Below the pieces are notes generated by a model. The model was not told the DNA's origin. It did not search any database and worked only from the letters and a program-made list of their open reading frames with translations. 47,733 bases of DNA from an uncultured Chthoniobacterales bacterium (GTDB taxonomy: Bacteria > Verrucomicrobiota > Verrucomicrobiia > Chthoniobacterales > CAKUMP01). Location: positions 1 through 47,733 of the forward strand of contig CAKUMP010000001.1 in assembly GCA_934667795.1 (NCBI GenBank), given 5' to 3'. Shown here one piece after another: positions 28,059-36,595 of this stretch (position 1 is its first letter; the number at the start of each line of letters is the position of its first letter). Both the position numbers and the translations under genes were made by a program.

Positions 28059-28673
28059 TCAGGACAGTGGTTTATGAGATGGAATGATTTTTTGAGCGTC
28101 CTGGAGTGCAGCGGAGGAATTCTGGCGGTTTGTAAGCTGCAGGGTTGCCAGGAAGAGAGCGGTAAAGAAAAGGTCGCCTACGAGCGCGTTACGGAAAAAC
28201 ATCCAGGATGGGACGTATCCGGGAACTCCCACGGTGATAGCCTGGACCCAGCCGGCCAGAGATTTTGCATACGCAGGTTCCAGAAGCCAGGAAAAGGAGT
28301 TTGTTATCAGATAAAAACCCAGTGAACAAAGCGTGACGCCTGCCAGTGAACGGAACCAGCCCTGTGGGGTGGCTTTCAAGGAACCAAAATGACCGGCCGC
28401 CAGTACGATTCCCCCTAAAGCAAGGTAACGAACCAGCATCGTGACGATATCCGCGGACATCGGGTACACAAAATACAGCAGAATATCACTGAAAAACAGG
28501 GCACCTAATGGAACCAGCCAGCGTGCAGGTCCCCGGAAAAGCATCGCTCCACAAAAGGCAATTGCTACCAGTGGAGTGAAATTTGCCCAGGTTCCTGTAA
28601 ATGCGGATCCCGACAGTGCTAAAGCCAGTCGATAAAATACCGCGGCGAGTAATAAAATGATTCCTGCTGCCAT
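28059..28673 (-). CDS. Polytopic membrane protein of unknown function, first gene of the pdh transcription unit
   Basis: About 6 hydrophobic segments. It ends 7 nt before the pdhA start. Confidence 0.6.
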   Translation of the reverse strand: MAAGIILLLAAVFYRLALALSGSAFTGTWANFTPLVAIAFCGAMLFRGPARWLVPLGALFFSDILLYFVYPMSADIVTMLVRYLALGGIVLAAGHFGSLKATPQGWFRSLAGVTLCSLGFYLITNSFSWLLEPAYAKSLAGWVQAITVGVPGYVPSWMFFRNALVGDLFFTALFLATLQLTNRQNSSAALQDAQKIIPSHKPLS

Positions 28674-28881
28674 AGTCTTATTAAGTTAGGTTGAAATGGG
28701 TATGTTTGGCAATCCGATTTAGCATAGAATACATAGAATGCCGGATTTAATCCTCAAATGTCCTGAATATCCCAAATGCCCCCCAATGTATTGGATGTTT
28801 TTTAATCACGAAGTCAGGTCTCCAAATCAACCAGATTACGATTTTTTGTTTTTATTAAAAAAAGATCAATTTTTCAATGTT

Positions 28882-29193
28882 TCACCAGGAGGTGATGACC
28901 CGCTGGTGCTCGTTATCGATGCGAATGGGACAGGAAAAACAATCGATTTCGAGTTTTGTCGGGTTCAGATCGTTGAGAATATCGCGTAATTCGCTCTCAA
29001 ATGCAAGAGCGGCTTCTCGGGTTTGCCAGAGAAAAATGCCTTCTATGGCGCTTTCCGGGTAACGGGAGGTGCCTAGAAACTCAATCAGATCGGGGATTTG
29101 CGGGAACGGAGCAGATAATTGCGCAAGCAATTCAAACAGTTCTTCTTCCAGGACAGGTTCCGGTAGTTCGAGTAAAAATTTCTGGATAAACAT
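28882..29193 (-). CDS. Hypothetical protein (103 aa)
   Basis: It starts 15 nt downstream of the cysK stop on the same strand. No family was recognised. Confidence 0.45.
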   Translation of the reverse strand: MFIQKFLLELPEPVLEEELFELLAQLSAPFPQIPDLIEFLGTSRYPESAIEGIFLWQTREAALAFESELRDILNDLNPTKLEIDCFSCPIRIDNEHQRVITSW

Positions 29194-29208
29194 GAAACGA
29201 AAATGGGG

Positions 29209-30168
29209 TTAATATTTGAGTCCGGTGTCACACAGGATGGTGACAACCGTGTGTGTACTTTCTGCCACCGGAAGTTGGCCGGATTCAAGGAGTTTGATGG
29301 AGGCACAGACGTTGGCAGCGGAGGAAAACCCGAGATACAGGCCTTCTTCCTGGGCCAGCCGTTTGCGGAAAAGGGTCGCTTCTTCCGAACTGACAGTCAA
29401 AAAGGTATCGACAACGGTTGGATCCCAATGTGGCAGCGGGATGCCATACCCCATGCCTTGCATCAGGTGTCGTGGAGAAACGACCGGATTGCCGGCCAGG
29501 ATGTCTGCCCCTTCAGGCTCTACTACCGCACAAAAAATGTTTTTATTTTGGGATTTGAGGTACTGAGAGGTCCCAATAAATGTTCCTCCGGTGCCTGCAC
29601 CGGCGACAAAGGCGGTGACTCCGCCCTCGGTGTCACGGAAAATTTCAGGGCCGGTGGTATGGATATGCGCGCTGACACACCCCGGGTTCTGGAACTGGTT
29701 GACATAATAGGCATTGGTTTCGGCGGCAATCCGTTTGGCTTCTTCCACTGCTGCCGCGATGTCCTGACCGGTGACGGAATTGGGTTTGCCGTTGACCTGA
29801 GGGGTCAGGACGACTTTTGCGCCAAAGCCTTCCAGCATTTGAACCCGCGCAGGGCTGTTGCCTGCAGACATGACCGCGGTGAATGGGTGTCCGAGAAGAT
29901 TGCAAACGACCGCAAGCCCGGCGCCGGTGTTGCCACTGGTCATTTCCACAACCGGTTGCCCGGGTGCAAGCAGGTTGGATTTTCGTGCGTTTTGAATAAC
30001 TTCCAGTGCGACCCGGTCTTTGACGCTGGCCCCGGGCTGGATAAACTCCGCCTTGCCCAGAATGCGTCCGGGCCCCTGGTAAATACGAGAAAGCTCTATC
30101 AAAGGCGTGTTGCCAATCAGATCCAGCGAAGAAGAGAATACCGGTGATGAATGAGATGCATTTTTCAC
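29209..30168 (-). CDS. cysK: Cysteine synthase (O-acetylserine sulfhydrylase, PLP-dependent)
   Basis: Motifs seen: LIGNTPLIEL, PGASVKDRVA (PLP lysine), TSGNTGAGLA, GAGTGGTF. Confidence 0.88.
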   Translation of the reverse strand: MKNASHSSPVFSSSLDLIGNTPLIELSRIYQGPGRILGKAEFIQPGASVKDRVALEVIQNARKSNLLAPGQPVVEMTSGNTGAGLAVVCNLLGHPFTAVMSAGNSPARVQMLEGFGAKVVLTPQVNGKPNSVTGQDIAAAVEEAKRIAAETNAYYVNQFQNPGCVSAHIHTTGPEIFRDTEGGVTAFVAGAGTGGTFIGTSQYLKSQNKNIFCAVVEPEGADILAGNPVVSPRHLMQGMGYGIPLPHWDPTVVDTFLTVSSEEATLFRKRLAQEEGLYLGFSSAANVCASIKLLESGQLPVAESTHTVVTILCDTGLKY

Positions 30169-30210
30169 TATTTAACTTAACCACACATTTCTCATAATCC
30201 ACAGAAAAAT

Positions 30211-30255
30211 TTGGAGTGCGGCGGTTTCCTGGGAGCGCCGCCGTCCCCGTCGGCC
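30211..30255. repeat. GC-rich REP-like palindromic element (inverted orientation)
   Basis: The sequence is ttggagtgcggcggtttcctgggagcgccgccgtccccgtcggcc. This is the reverse complement of the modules seen at 30457-30541, 36485-36523 and 39444-39507. Confidence 0.8.
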
Positions 30256-30456
30256 AATGAAGCTACCGCTGGATCGCATAAGCGCTCCCTCGCTCATTGC
30301 ATTATGCATTTCTCTACCCTCTTTAGTTTAGAAGAGGAAAGCATTTGCAAATAAAACAGGAGAATCAAGCCGTAAACAAACGCCGATCTGGGCCAGTGTG
30401 CATTCGCTATGTTTATGTTTACTGTCCGCTAACATGGTCTTGGCGACCTTTCGCTC

Positions 30457-30541
30457 AATCCAAAGCGGCGGGAACCGCCGCACTCCAAAGTCTGCCGACG
30501 GGGACGTTGACGCTCCCAGCGGGGACGTCGGCGCTCCCAGG
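30457..30541. repeat. GC-rich REP-like palindromic elements (hairpins GCGGCGG-GAA-CCGCCGC and GCCGACG-GGGA-CGTCGGC type)
   Basis: Read directly. The same modules recur in three other intergenic sites in the window. Confidence 0.8.
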
Positions 30542-30596
30542 AAAAAATCTTCTAATCCGGGTTGAAATGGGGGATAAAACGTGTGATTGTAATGAG

Positions 30597-31007
30597 ATGC
30601 TCTTATTGGCATCTATTGCAGACACATTACAGCAGGGGTTTCAGGATTTTTTTGGAAATCTGATAGAAAACCTGCAGGGGAGGGTCACGTTCTGGACTTT
30701 GTTCGGGCTGACGGCGAATTTGTTGTTTGCTTCCCGGTTTGTGGTGCAATGGTATGTTTCGGAGAAACTAAAACGGAGTGTGATCCCGGTGCAGTTCTGG
30801 TATATCAGTATTGTCGGGAGTCTCATGATGCTGGTTTATTCAATTTACCTGGGGAAAGTTCCATTGATTCTTGGATTTTTATTTCCGACCGTGATTTATA
30901 TCCGGAATTTAATTTTATTGAAAAAGAACCAGAAAGCAGATGATGACAAGGGGGCAGGGGATGTCCCGACCGTGAAAAATTCAAAATATTCTGAATCGCA
31001 TCAGTAA
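30597..31007 (+). CDS. Lipid-A-disaccharide synthase N-terminal domain (LAB_N) membrane protein
   Basis: Motifs seen: FWTLFGLTANLLFASRFVVQWYVSEKLKRSVIPVQFWYISIVGSLMMLVYSIY. The start is at 30597 or 30567. The extension to 30345 reads through REP elements. Confidence 0.7.
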   Translation: MLLLASIADTLQQGFQDFFGNLIENLQGRVTFWTLFGLTANLLFASRFVVQWYVSEKLKRSVIPVQFWYISIVGSLMMLVYSIYLGKVPLILGFLFPTVIYIRNLILLKKNQKADDDKGAGDVPTVKNSKYSESHQ

Positions 31008-31070
31008 GAAATTTTAGTTTATAATAGAGGAAATGTTGAGGAAACGGAAACGTCAGCAAGGAATGAGGTT

Positions 31071-32255
31071 ATGATTGAGAAGGATGAGATAATTTATTTG
31101 GACAATAATGCGACTACCCAGGTAGATCCTGAAGTGGTGGAGGTGATGCTGCCGTATTTACGGGATTATTACGGGAATCCGTCGAGTTTGTACCGTTTTG
31201 GGAGCCAGGTCGGGAAAGCGATTGAGAAAGCCAGGGAGCAAGTGGCGGCGCTGCTGGGGTGTCATCCGGAAGAAGTGGTTTTTACCAGTTGTGGGACGGA
31301 GTCAAATAACACTGCGATTGAAAGTGGTTTACGGGTAGATCGGGATCGCCCGGATCTGGTGACGACGCAGGTTGAGCATAGTGCGGTGGTGAAACATGGG
31401 GAGAAATTGTCGAGGGATGGGCGTCGGGTGACCTGGATTGGGGTCGATGGAGAAGGGCGTCTGGATGTGGACGGGTTGAAGGATGCGGTGGATGATGAGA
31501 CCGGCGTGGTATCAATCATGTGGGCAAACAACGAAACGGGAGTCCTTTTTCCCATTTCAGAAATTGCGGAACAACTGGCGGACAGCGGGGTGTTTTTTCA
31601 TACGGACGCAGTACAGGCGGTGGGGAAAATTCCTTTGAACGTCAGTGAATTGCCGATTCATTTTTTAAGTTTGAGTGGACATAAACTGCACTGCCCAAAG
31701 GGAGTGGGAGCGTTATATGTCAGCCGGAAAGCGCGATTTTATCCGTATTTGATTGGTGGAGGGCAGGAGAACGGGAAGCGTGGTGGGACGGAAAATGTCG
31801 CGAGTATTGTCGGGTTGGGGAAAGCAGCAGAGCTGGCGATGGCAACGATGGAGCATGAAAATACGGTCGTGCGGAAGATGCGGGATGATTTTGAGCAGCG
31901 GATATTGGCCGAGGTGTCCGGAGTGCAGGTAAATGGAGGTGGCGCGGAGCGTTTGCCGAACACCAGCAGCCTGGCATTTGACGGGGTGGATTCAGAAGGT
32001 TTGTTGATTGTGCTGGATAAGGATGGAATCTGTGCGTCGGCTGGTTCGGCTTGTACCACGGGGTCTTTGACGCCTTCCCATGTGCTGACGGCAATGGGGA
32101 TTTCTGCCGAGCGAGCGCATTCCAGTTTGCGATTTTCCTTCGGACGTTTCAACCGTCCGGAAGAGTTGGACAATATTGTGGAAATGGTCAAAGCGGGCGT
32201 AGAAAAGATCCGTTCTTTGCGTCCGGCCGATGGTTCGCCGGTCATGATTTCCTGA
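31071..32255 (+). CDS. Cysteine desulfurase, NifS/IscS family (class V aminotransferase)
   Basis: Motifs seen: IYLDNNATT, NPSSLYRFG, SLSGHKLHCPKGVGALY (PLP lysine), SAGSACTTGS (catalytic Cys loop). Confidence 0.88.
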   Translation: MIEKDEIIYLDNNATTQVDPEVVEVMLPYLRDYYGNPSSLYRFGSQVGKAIEKAREQVAALLGCHPEEVVFTSCGTESNNTAIESGLRVDRDRPDLVTTQVEHSAVVKHGEKLSRDGRRVTWIGVDGEGRLDVDGLKDAVDDETGVVSIMWANNETGVLFPISEIAEQLADSGVFFHTDAVQAVGKIPLNVSELPIHFLSLSGHKLHCPKGVGALYVSRKARFYPYLIGGGQENGKRGGTENVASIVGLGKAAELAMATMEHENTVVRKMRDDFEQRILAEVSGVQVNGGGAERLPNTSSLAFDGVDSEGLLIVLDKDGICASAGSACTTGSLTPSHVLTAMGISAERAHSSLRFSFGRFNRPEELDNIVEMVKAGVEKIRSLRPADGSPVMIS

Positions 32256-32473
32256 AATAGCGTGGAAATGTGAAAAGAAGCAGCATAAAACACGGTTTGC
32301 TCATGATTTAGCTTGCGTTCTCTTCATAAATTTGCCACACAGGGACAAGCAAGTTTAGAATCTTTCGGCGACTTTCTGATTTTTATATCTCAAGAAGGAG
32401 ATAGCAGATTGGAAGCTGAAGGGACAATCCCCCCGAAGGATCTTTTCTCGCACAGTTAAATTAGAAAAGACCA

Positions 32474-32863
32474 ATGAATACGAAATTGTACGTGGGGAAT
32501 CTTCCCTATGAGACGACAGAAACTGAAATTGAAGACCTTTTTGCTGAAGCAGGAGTGGTTCAACAAACAGTACTTGTACAGGACAGATTGACAGGGAAAA
32601 GCAGAGGGTTTGCTTTTATTACGATGGCAGACCAGGAAGGCGTGGACCGTGCGGTCGAACGCTTTAATGGATTTGAATTTTCAGGTCGTGCTCTTGTTGT
32701 GAATATTGCGCGCCCCCGCGAAGACCGCCCGGCAGGCGGCGGTGGTGGACGTCGCGACCATGGTGACCGCAGAGGCGGTGGTGGTGGTGGTGGCGGACGT
32801 CGTGACTACGGAGATCGCAGAGGTGGCGGTGGCGGACGTCGCGAAAGTCGCGAAGAGTGGTAG
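32474..32863 (+). CDS. RRM-type RNA-binding protein with a C-terminal RGG/Gly-Arg tail
   Basis: Has RNP2 (KLYVGNLPY), RNP1 (SRGFAFITM) and a tail (GGGGGRRDHGDRRGGGGGGGGRRDYGDRRGGGGG). Confidence 0.88.
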   Translation: MNTKLYVGNLPYETTETEIEDLFAEAGVVQQTVLVQDRLTGKSRGFAFITMADQEGVDRAVERFNGFEFSGRALVVNIARPREDRPAGGGGGRRDHGDRRGGGGGGGGRRDYGDRRGGGGGRRESREEW

Positions 32864-32870
32864 CAGTGCT

Positions 32871-32904
32871 CAGTTGACAGTTGACAGTTGACAGTTGACA
32901 GTTG
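32871..32904. repeat. Heptad tandem repeat (CAGTTGA, 5 copies)
   Basis: Read directly. Inverted partners (GTCAACTGTCAACTG) lie at 33074-33088 and 33253-33267. Confidence 0.9.
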
Positions 32905-32924
32905 TGCAACTGGAAATGTTCGCT

Positions 32925-33267
32925 AAAAAAGCAGAGGTTTTGCTTTTGTGACAATGGAAGACCAGGAAGGCGTGGACCGTGTGGTTGAACGCTTTAATGG
33001 ATTTGAATTTTCAGCTCGTACTCTTGTTGTGAATATTGCGTGCGCCCTCAAAAAAAACTGTCCACTGTCCCTTGTCAACTGTCAACTGGAGATGCCGTCC
33101 GCTGAAAAAAGCAGAAGGTTTGCTTTTGTGACAATGGAAGACCAGGAAGGCGTGGACCGTATGGTTGAACGCTTTAATGGATTTGAATTTTTAGCTCGTG
33201 CTCTTGTTGTGAATATTGCGCGCGCCCTCAAAAAAACTGTCCACTGTCCCTTGTCAACTGTCAACTG
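32925..33267 (+). pseudogene. Two tandem ~180-nt units, each carrying a degenerate copy of the 3' half of the RRM domain of the upstream gene
   Basis: The segments 32925-33047 and 33105-33227 are about 90% identical by eye to 32597-32716 (FAF(I/V)TM(A/E)DQEGVDR.VERFNGFEF..R.LVVNIA). Each is followed by CTGTCCACTGTCCCTTGTCAACTGTCAACTG. Confidence 0.8.
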
Positions 33268-34274
33268 AACAAGTCTTGGCTGTTCTGCGTGACGCCTAGT
33301 TTCTTGTATGCAGGAGGTAGTGCGACGCGCCCTTGAGGGGTGCGTTTGAGATACCCTTGCATGATGAGATACGGTTCATGGACTTCTTCCAGAGTGGAAG
33401 CGTCCTCGCCTATGGCGACTGCAAGGGAGTTTAATCCGACGGGACCTCCGGCGAATTTGAAAATCATAGCTTCGAGAATGCGTTTATCCATTTCGTCGAA
33501 GCCTTCGCGGTCGATTTCCAGCATGGATAGTGCCTGATCTGCAACTTTCCGGGAGATTTTTCCGTTGGAGCGGACTTGTGCGAAGTCGCGGACCCAGCGC
33601 AGAAGGTTGTTGGCGATTCGAGGGGTCCCACGTGATCGGGAGGCGATTTCGAGCGCTCCTTCATGGTCGATCGTAACCTGGATCAGCTCGGCGCTGCGCA
33701 GGATGATGTCCTGTAAATTTTCTGCCGAATAGTAATCGAGCCGGCATTGCATTCCAAAGCGGGAGCGCAGGGGGGCACTGATCATTCCGGAACGGGTTGT
33801 GGCACCGATCAGTGTAAATTTCGGGAGACTGAGCCGGACGCTGCGCGCGTTTGGGCCCTGATCAATAATGATATCGAGGCGGTAATCTTCAATTGCCGGA
33901 TACAGGTATTCTTCGATCGTCGGGTGAAGACGATGGATTTCATCGATAAAAAGGATGTCGCCCGGTTCAAGCGAGGTTAAAATTCCGGCAAGATCGCCGG
34001 CTTTTTCAATAGTGGGTCCGCTGGTGCTGCGGATATTGACATCCATAGCATTGGCGATAATAAACGCGAGCGTGGTTTTCCCGAGTCCGGGCGGGCCGGA
34101 GAGCAGAATATGCTCCAGCACATCTGAGCGTTGACGTGCCGCTTCAACCATAAGTTCCAGGCGTTCACAAACCCGTTCCTGCCCGGTGAATTCGTTGAAC
34201 ATCGGTGGACGCAACGAAATATCAAACGGAGAATCGGGTGCCTGCGTTGCTTTTGTAAGAAAATTTTCTGACAC
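33261..34274 (-). CDS. ruvB: Holliday junction branch migration DNA helicase RuvB
   Basis: Motifs seen: [57 protein letters not shown]. The GTG at 34274 gives a typical 337 aa protein. The ORF-track extension to 34718 is not protein-like. Confidence 0.88.
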   Translation of the reverse strand: MSENFLTKATQAPDSPFDISLRPPMFNEFTGQERVCERLELMVEAARQRSDVLEHILLSGPPGLGKTTLAFIIANAMDVNIRSTSGPTIEKAGDLAGILTSLEPGDILFIDEIHRLHPTIEEYLYPAIEDYRLDIIIDQGPNARSVRLSLPKFTLIGATTRSGMISAPLRSRFGMQCRLDYYSAENLQDIILRSAELIQVTIDHEGALEIASRSRGTPRIANNLLRWVRDFAQVRSNGKISRKVADQALSMLEIDREGFDEMDKRILEAMIFKFAGGPVGLNSLAVAIGEDASTLEEVHEPYLIMQGYLKRTPQGRVALPPAYKKLGVTQNSQDLFS

Positions 34275-34300
34275 GCCCCTGTTATATCGTATTTTGTGTG

Positions 34301-34334
34301 AATTACCAATTAGTAATTCGTAATTAGTAATTCC
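34301..34334. repeat. AT-rich heptad repeat (GTAATTN-type)
   Basis: The sequence is aattaccaattagtaattcgtaattagtaattcc. It shares CGTAATTAGTAATT with the reverse complement of 36110-36130. Confidence 0.75.
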
Positions 34335-35182
34335 TAAAACCAGATGGCGCGGGTAATGTGGGTAAACAGGAAAAGGGCGTTTATGATGAGGAGGATGAGG
34401 ATGGGACGTGTGAGAGATTGTCGCGGTTGGGAGGTCTGTGCCTGAGGAGGCCGGGACCAGGTTGCTGCGGTGATCAGGAATGCGATGAGGAACCACGAGA
34501 GATAATTCTGGATGGGTGGCCAGGAGGGTGGGGTTTGTGCAAGCGCGGTGCCGGGGGGGTACCAGATCCAGTACGCGCGTACTTTCCAGGCGATGAATTC
34601 CAGATTGAGATCGGTCAAAAGTGTGAAAATGCCTGCGGTGGCGCCAAGAGTCCAGCGATTTGCCTGTGGCAGAAGAAAATAGGCAAGATGTTTGCTGGTA
34701 CAAAGAATTGTAAACCAAAGAAAGGGGACTGCGATTGGCAGCACCCCGCCGATACGGTGCCCAAGCGTGGAGGTGTAGATAAAAGAGCCAAAAGGAAATC
34801 CCGTCATGGCGCCAATGCCTGTCACCAAAGCGGATGCAAACAGAATCGTCAAAGCCGTTTTACGAATAGCGTGCCCATTGTCTGCGTGGGAGGCGCTCGG
34901 GCGTATCGTCGCCAGATAGGTCACGGTGGCAGCGAGATAAATCCATGCAATATCCCAGACGCTCAGGATTTTTGTCATGGCAGCTCGTAAATCGCGATGG
35001 GAGATCCAGTTTTCCAGCGTCCTTTCACCGATTTCAAATGGGATAATGACGAATGAAAGTGCGGAACAAACCAGAAAGAGCCACCAGAAATGGAATTCTA
35101 TTCCATGGAGGAACTGGGTTGTTTTATTTTGGGGACGCATGGGACGTTTGGGACGCATGGGGCACTTGAACCGCTGAATCAA
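34334..35182 (-). CDS. Polytopic membrane protein, possibly of the DUF422/'carotenoid biosynthesis protein' family
   Basis: About 7 hydrophobic segments; [30 protein letters not shown] pattern. The N-terminal MRPKRPMRP is encoded by a 9-mer repeat, so the true start may be at 35140. Confidence 0.5.
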   Translation of the reverse strand: MIQRFKCPMRPKRPMRPQNKTTQFLHGIEFHFWWLFLVCSALSFVIIPFEIGERTLENWISHRDLRAAMTKILSVWDIAWIYLAATVTYLATIRPSASHADNGHAIRKTALTILFASALVTGIGAMTGFPFGSFIYTSTLGHRIGGVLPIAVPFLWFTILCTSKHLAYFLLPQANRWTLGATAGIFTLLTDLNLEFIAWKVRAYWIWYPPGTALAQTPPSWPPIQNYLSWFLIAFLITAATWSRPPQAQTSQPRQSLTRPILILLIINALFLFTHITRAIWF

Positions 35183-35999
35183 TAGAAATCAGCGATTTTC
35201 TGGCATCCGCGATGGGGATATCATAGCGGTTGCGATTCAGAAAGAAAGAAACGGACTGGAATCCGGCATCTTTCAGAAGATCAAGCGCGATTTCATATCC
35301 ATCGCCAACCCGGGACGGGCGATGTGCGTCTGCTCCCAGAACGACCGGGATCCCGCGAATACGCATTTCGCGTAAAATTTCCGGTGCCGGGTTCATTTGA
35401 GGAAGACTTTTGTTTGCTCCGGATGTGTTCAACTCCATGGCCGTACCTTCAGCCGCAATCCGATCCAGCGCATCGCAGATAAAGGGCAGGATGCGCTCAA
35501 TGTCCCAGCTCTCGGGAGATTCGTTTTTCACCAGATCCGGATGCGAAAGAGTATCAAAAAAGCCTGTTTCCGCTGCTAACGCCAGGTGGTCAAAATAAAC
35601 CTTTTGGTATTCAAAATAATCACCGTTGAAATAACGCTGACGGTATTCCGGGATTTGCGGGTGGACAGAGCCCAGAACATGATGAAATGGCTGCGACTGC
35701 AGAAATTTTTCAATATAACTTTCCATGCCAGGCGCATAATCACACTCAATGCCAAGCCGGATATCCACTTTGTCTTTCCATTCCTCCGCAGAGGCCTGCA
35801 CAAGATCCACATATTGCGGAAACTCTTCGGGATCCATACGAACATGGGAAGAATACCCATCCGGAATCGGATTATGACAGGTAATGATCACCCCACGAAG
35901 CCCACGTTGCGACGCAACCTCCGCATATTCGCCAGGCGTTCCAATCGCATGTTTACAAAGGGGGGTATGTGAGTGTGATTCGTAAAGAAGTGCTGACAT
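35124..35999 (-). CDS. Histidinol-phosphatase, PHP (HisJ) family
   Basis: Shows a PHP metal-ligand pattern (ESHSHTPLCKHA, ITCHNP, GSVHP, LSHPD, GADAH). The last ~13 codons run into the 9-mer repeat array. Confidence 0.8.
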   Translation of the reverse strand: MSALLYESHSHTPLCKHAIGTPGEYAEVASQRGLRGVIITCHNPIPDGYSSHVRMDPEEFPQYVDLVQASAEEWKDKVDIRLGIECDYAPGMESYIEKFLQSQPFHHVLGSVHPQIPEYRQRYFNGDYFEYQKVYFDHLALAAETGFFDTLSHPDLVKNESPESWDIERILPFICDALDRIAAEGTAMELNTSGANKSLPQMNPAPEILREMRIRGIPVVLGADAHRPSRVGDGYEIALDLLKDAGFQSVSFFLNRNRYDIPIADARKSLISIDSAVQVPHASQTSHASPK

Positions 36000-36109
36000 T
36001 ATGAAATATTAAGAAAAATTAAATATTTTAGATCAAGTTATATTCTCTAAGGTAATACATAAGAAAATTATCGCAATGGAAAACTTCTCCGTCCGGCGAG
36101 GCGAGCGGA

Positions 36110-36130
36110 AATTAGTAATTACTAATTACG
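36110..36130. repeat. AT-rich heptad repeat, inverted partner of 34301-34334
   Basis: The sequence is aattagtaattactaattacg. Confidence 0.7.
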
Positions 36131-36484
36131 TTCGCAAAGGTCCCCTTAGGGACAGAGCTGTAAATAGCGCCGAGAGCGTTCCGTTAGGGACAGAGCCGTA
36201 AACATCTTCCGAGAGCGTTCCATTAGGGACAGAGCTGTAAAAAATCCATCAGGTGTCCATCAGGTGTCCATTAGGGACAGAGCTGTAAACTCCTTCCGAG
36301 CGTTCCGTTAGGGACAGAGCTGTAAATAGCGCCCCCGAGCGTTTCGTTAGGAACAGAGCTGTAAATAGCGCCGAGAGCGTTCCGTTAGGGACAGAGCTGT
36401 AAATAGCGCCGAGCGTTCCGTTAGGAACCGAGCTGTAAACAGACCCCCGAGCGTCCCATTAGGGACAGAGCTGTAAACAGACCC
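36131..36484. repeat. Array of 9 direct repeats with a ~38-nt period (core TTAGGGACAGAGCTGTAAA)
   Basis: Cores start at 36146, 36184, 36223, 36271, 36308, 36347, 36385, 36421 and 36459. The 12-24 nt between cores is itself semi-conserved (TAGCGCCGAGAGCGTTCCG). Confidence 0.9.
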
Positions 36485-36595
36485 ATCCAAAGCGGCGGGA
36501 ACAGCCGCACCAAAGTCTGCTGGCTATTTTTCTTGAGGAGTTGCAATTTGGGGAGAAATGTTTTACTGGATTAGGGGTTAGAGAGAAAAAGTGAG

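Noticed and set aside
28738-28989. 83 aa plus-strand ORF
   Set aside because: It overlaps the minus-strand ORF 28882-29193, which is better placed (15 nt downstream of cysK on the same strand). No motif was recognised. Neither call is strong.
29203-30147. 314 aa plus-strand ORF overlapping cysK
   Set aside because: It is antisense to a well-supported cysteine synthase gene, and its composition is not protein-like.
32664-32954. ORFs overlapping the RGG-tail region on either strand (96 aa and 61 aa)
   Set aside because: They are alternative-frame or antisense translations of the GGY-rich tail and the heptad repeat, and they are low-complexity artefacts.
32948-33268. 106 aa ORF with two RRM-like halves as a real RNA-binding protein gene
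   Set aside because: Each unit lacks RNP2 and the first half of the RRM fold. The linker is a translation of the simple repeats, and the segment is a tandem duplication of part of the upstream gene.
34275-34718. 148-codon N-terminal extension of ruvB
   Set aside because: It translates the AT-rich heptad repeat and the end of the neighbouring gene region. RuvB homology begins right after the GTG at 34274, which gives a canonical length.
36131-36484. Possible CRISPR array (regularly spaced direct repeats)
   Set aside because: The variable segments are only about 12-24 nt and are similar to each other, and the repeat cores show point variants. No cas genes or leader-like arrangement is present. 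The period (~38 nt) is far shorter than a CRISPR repeat-plus-spacer unit.
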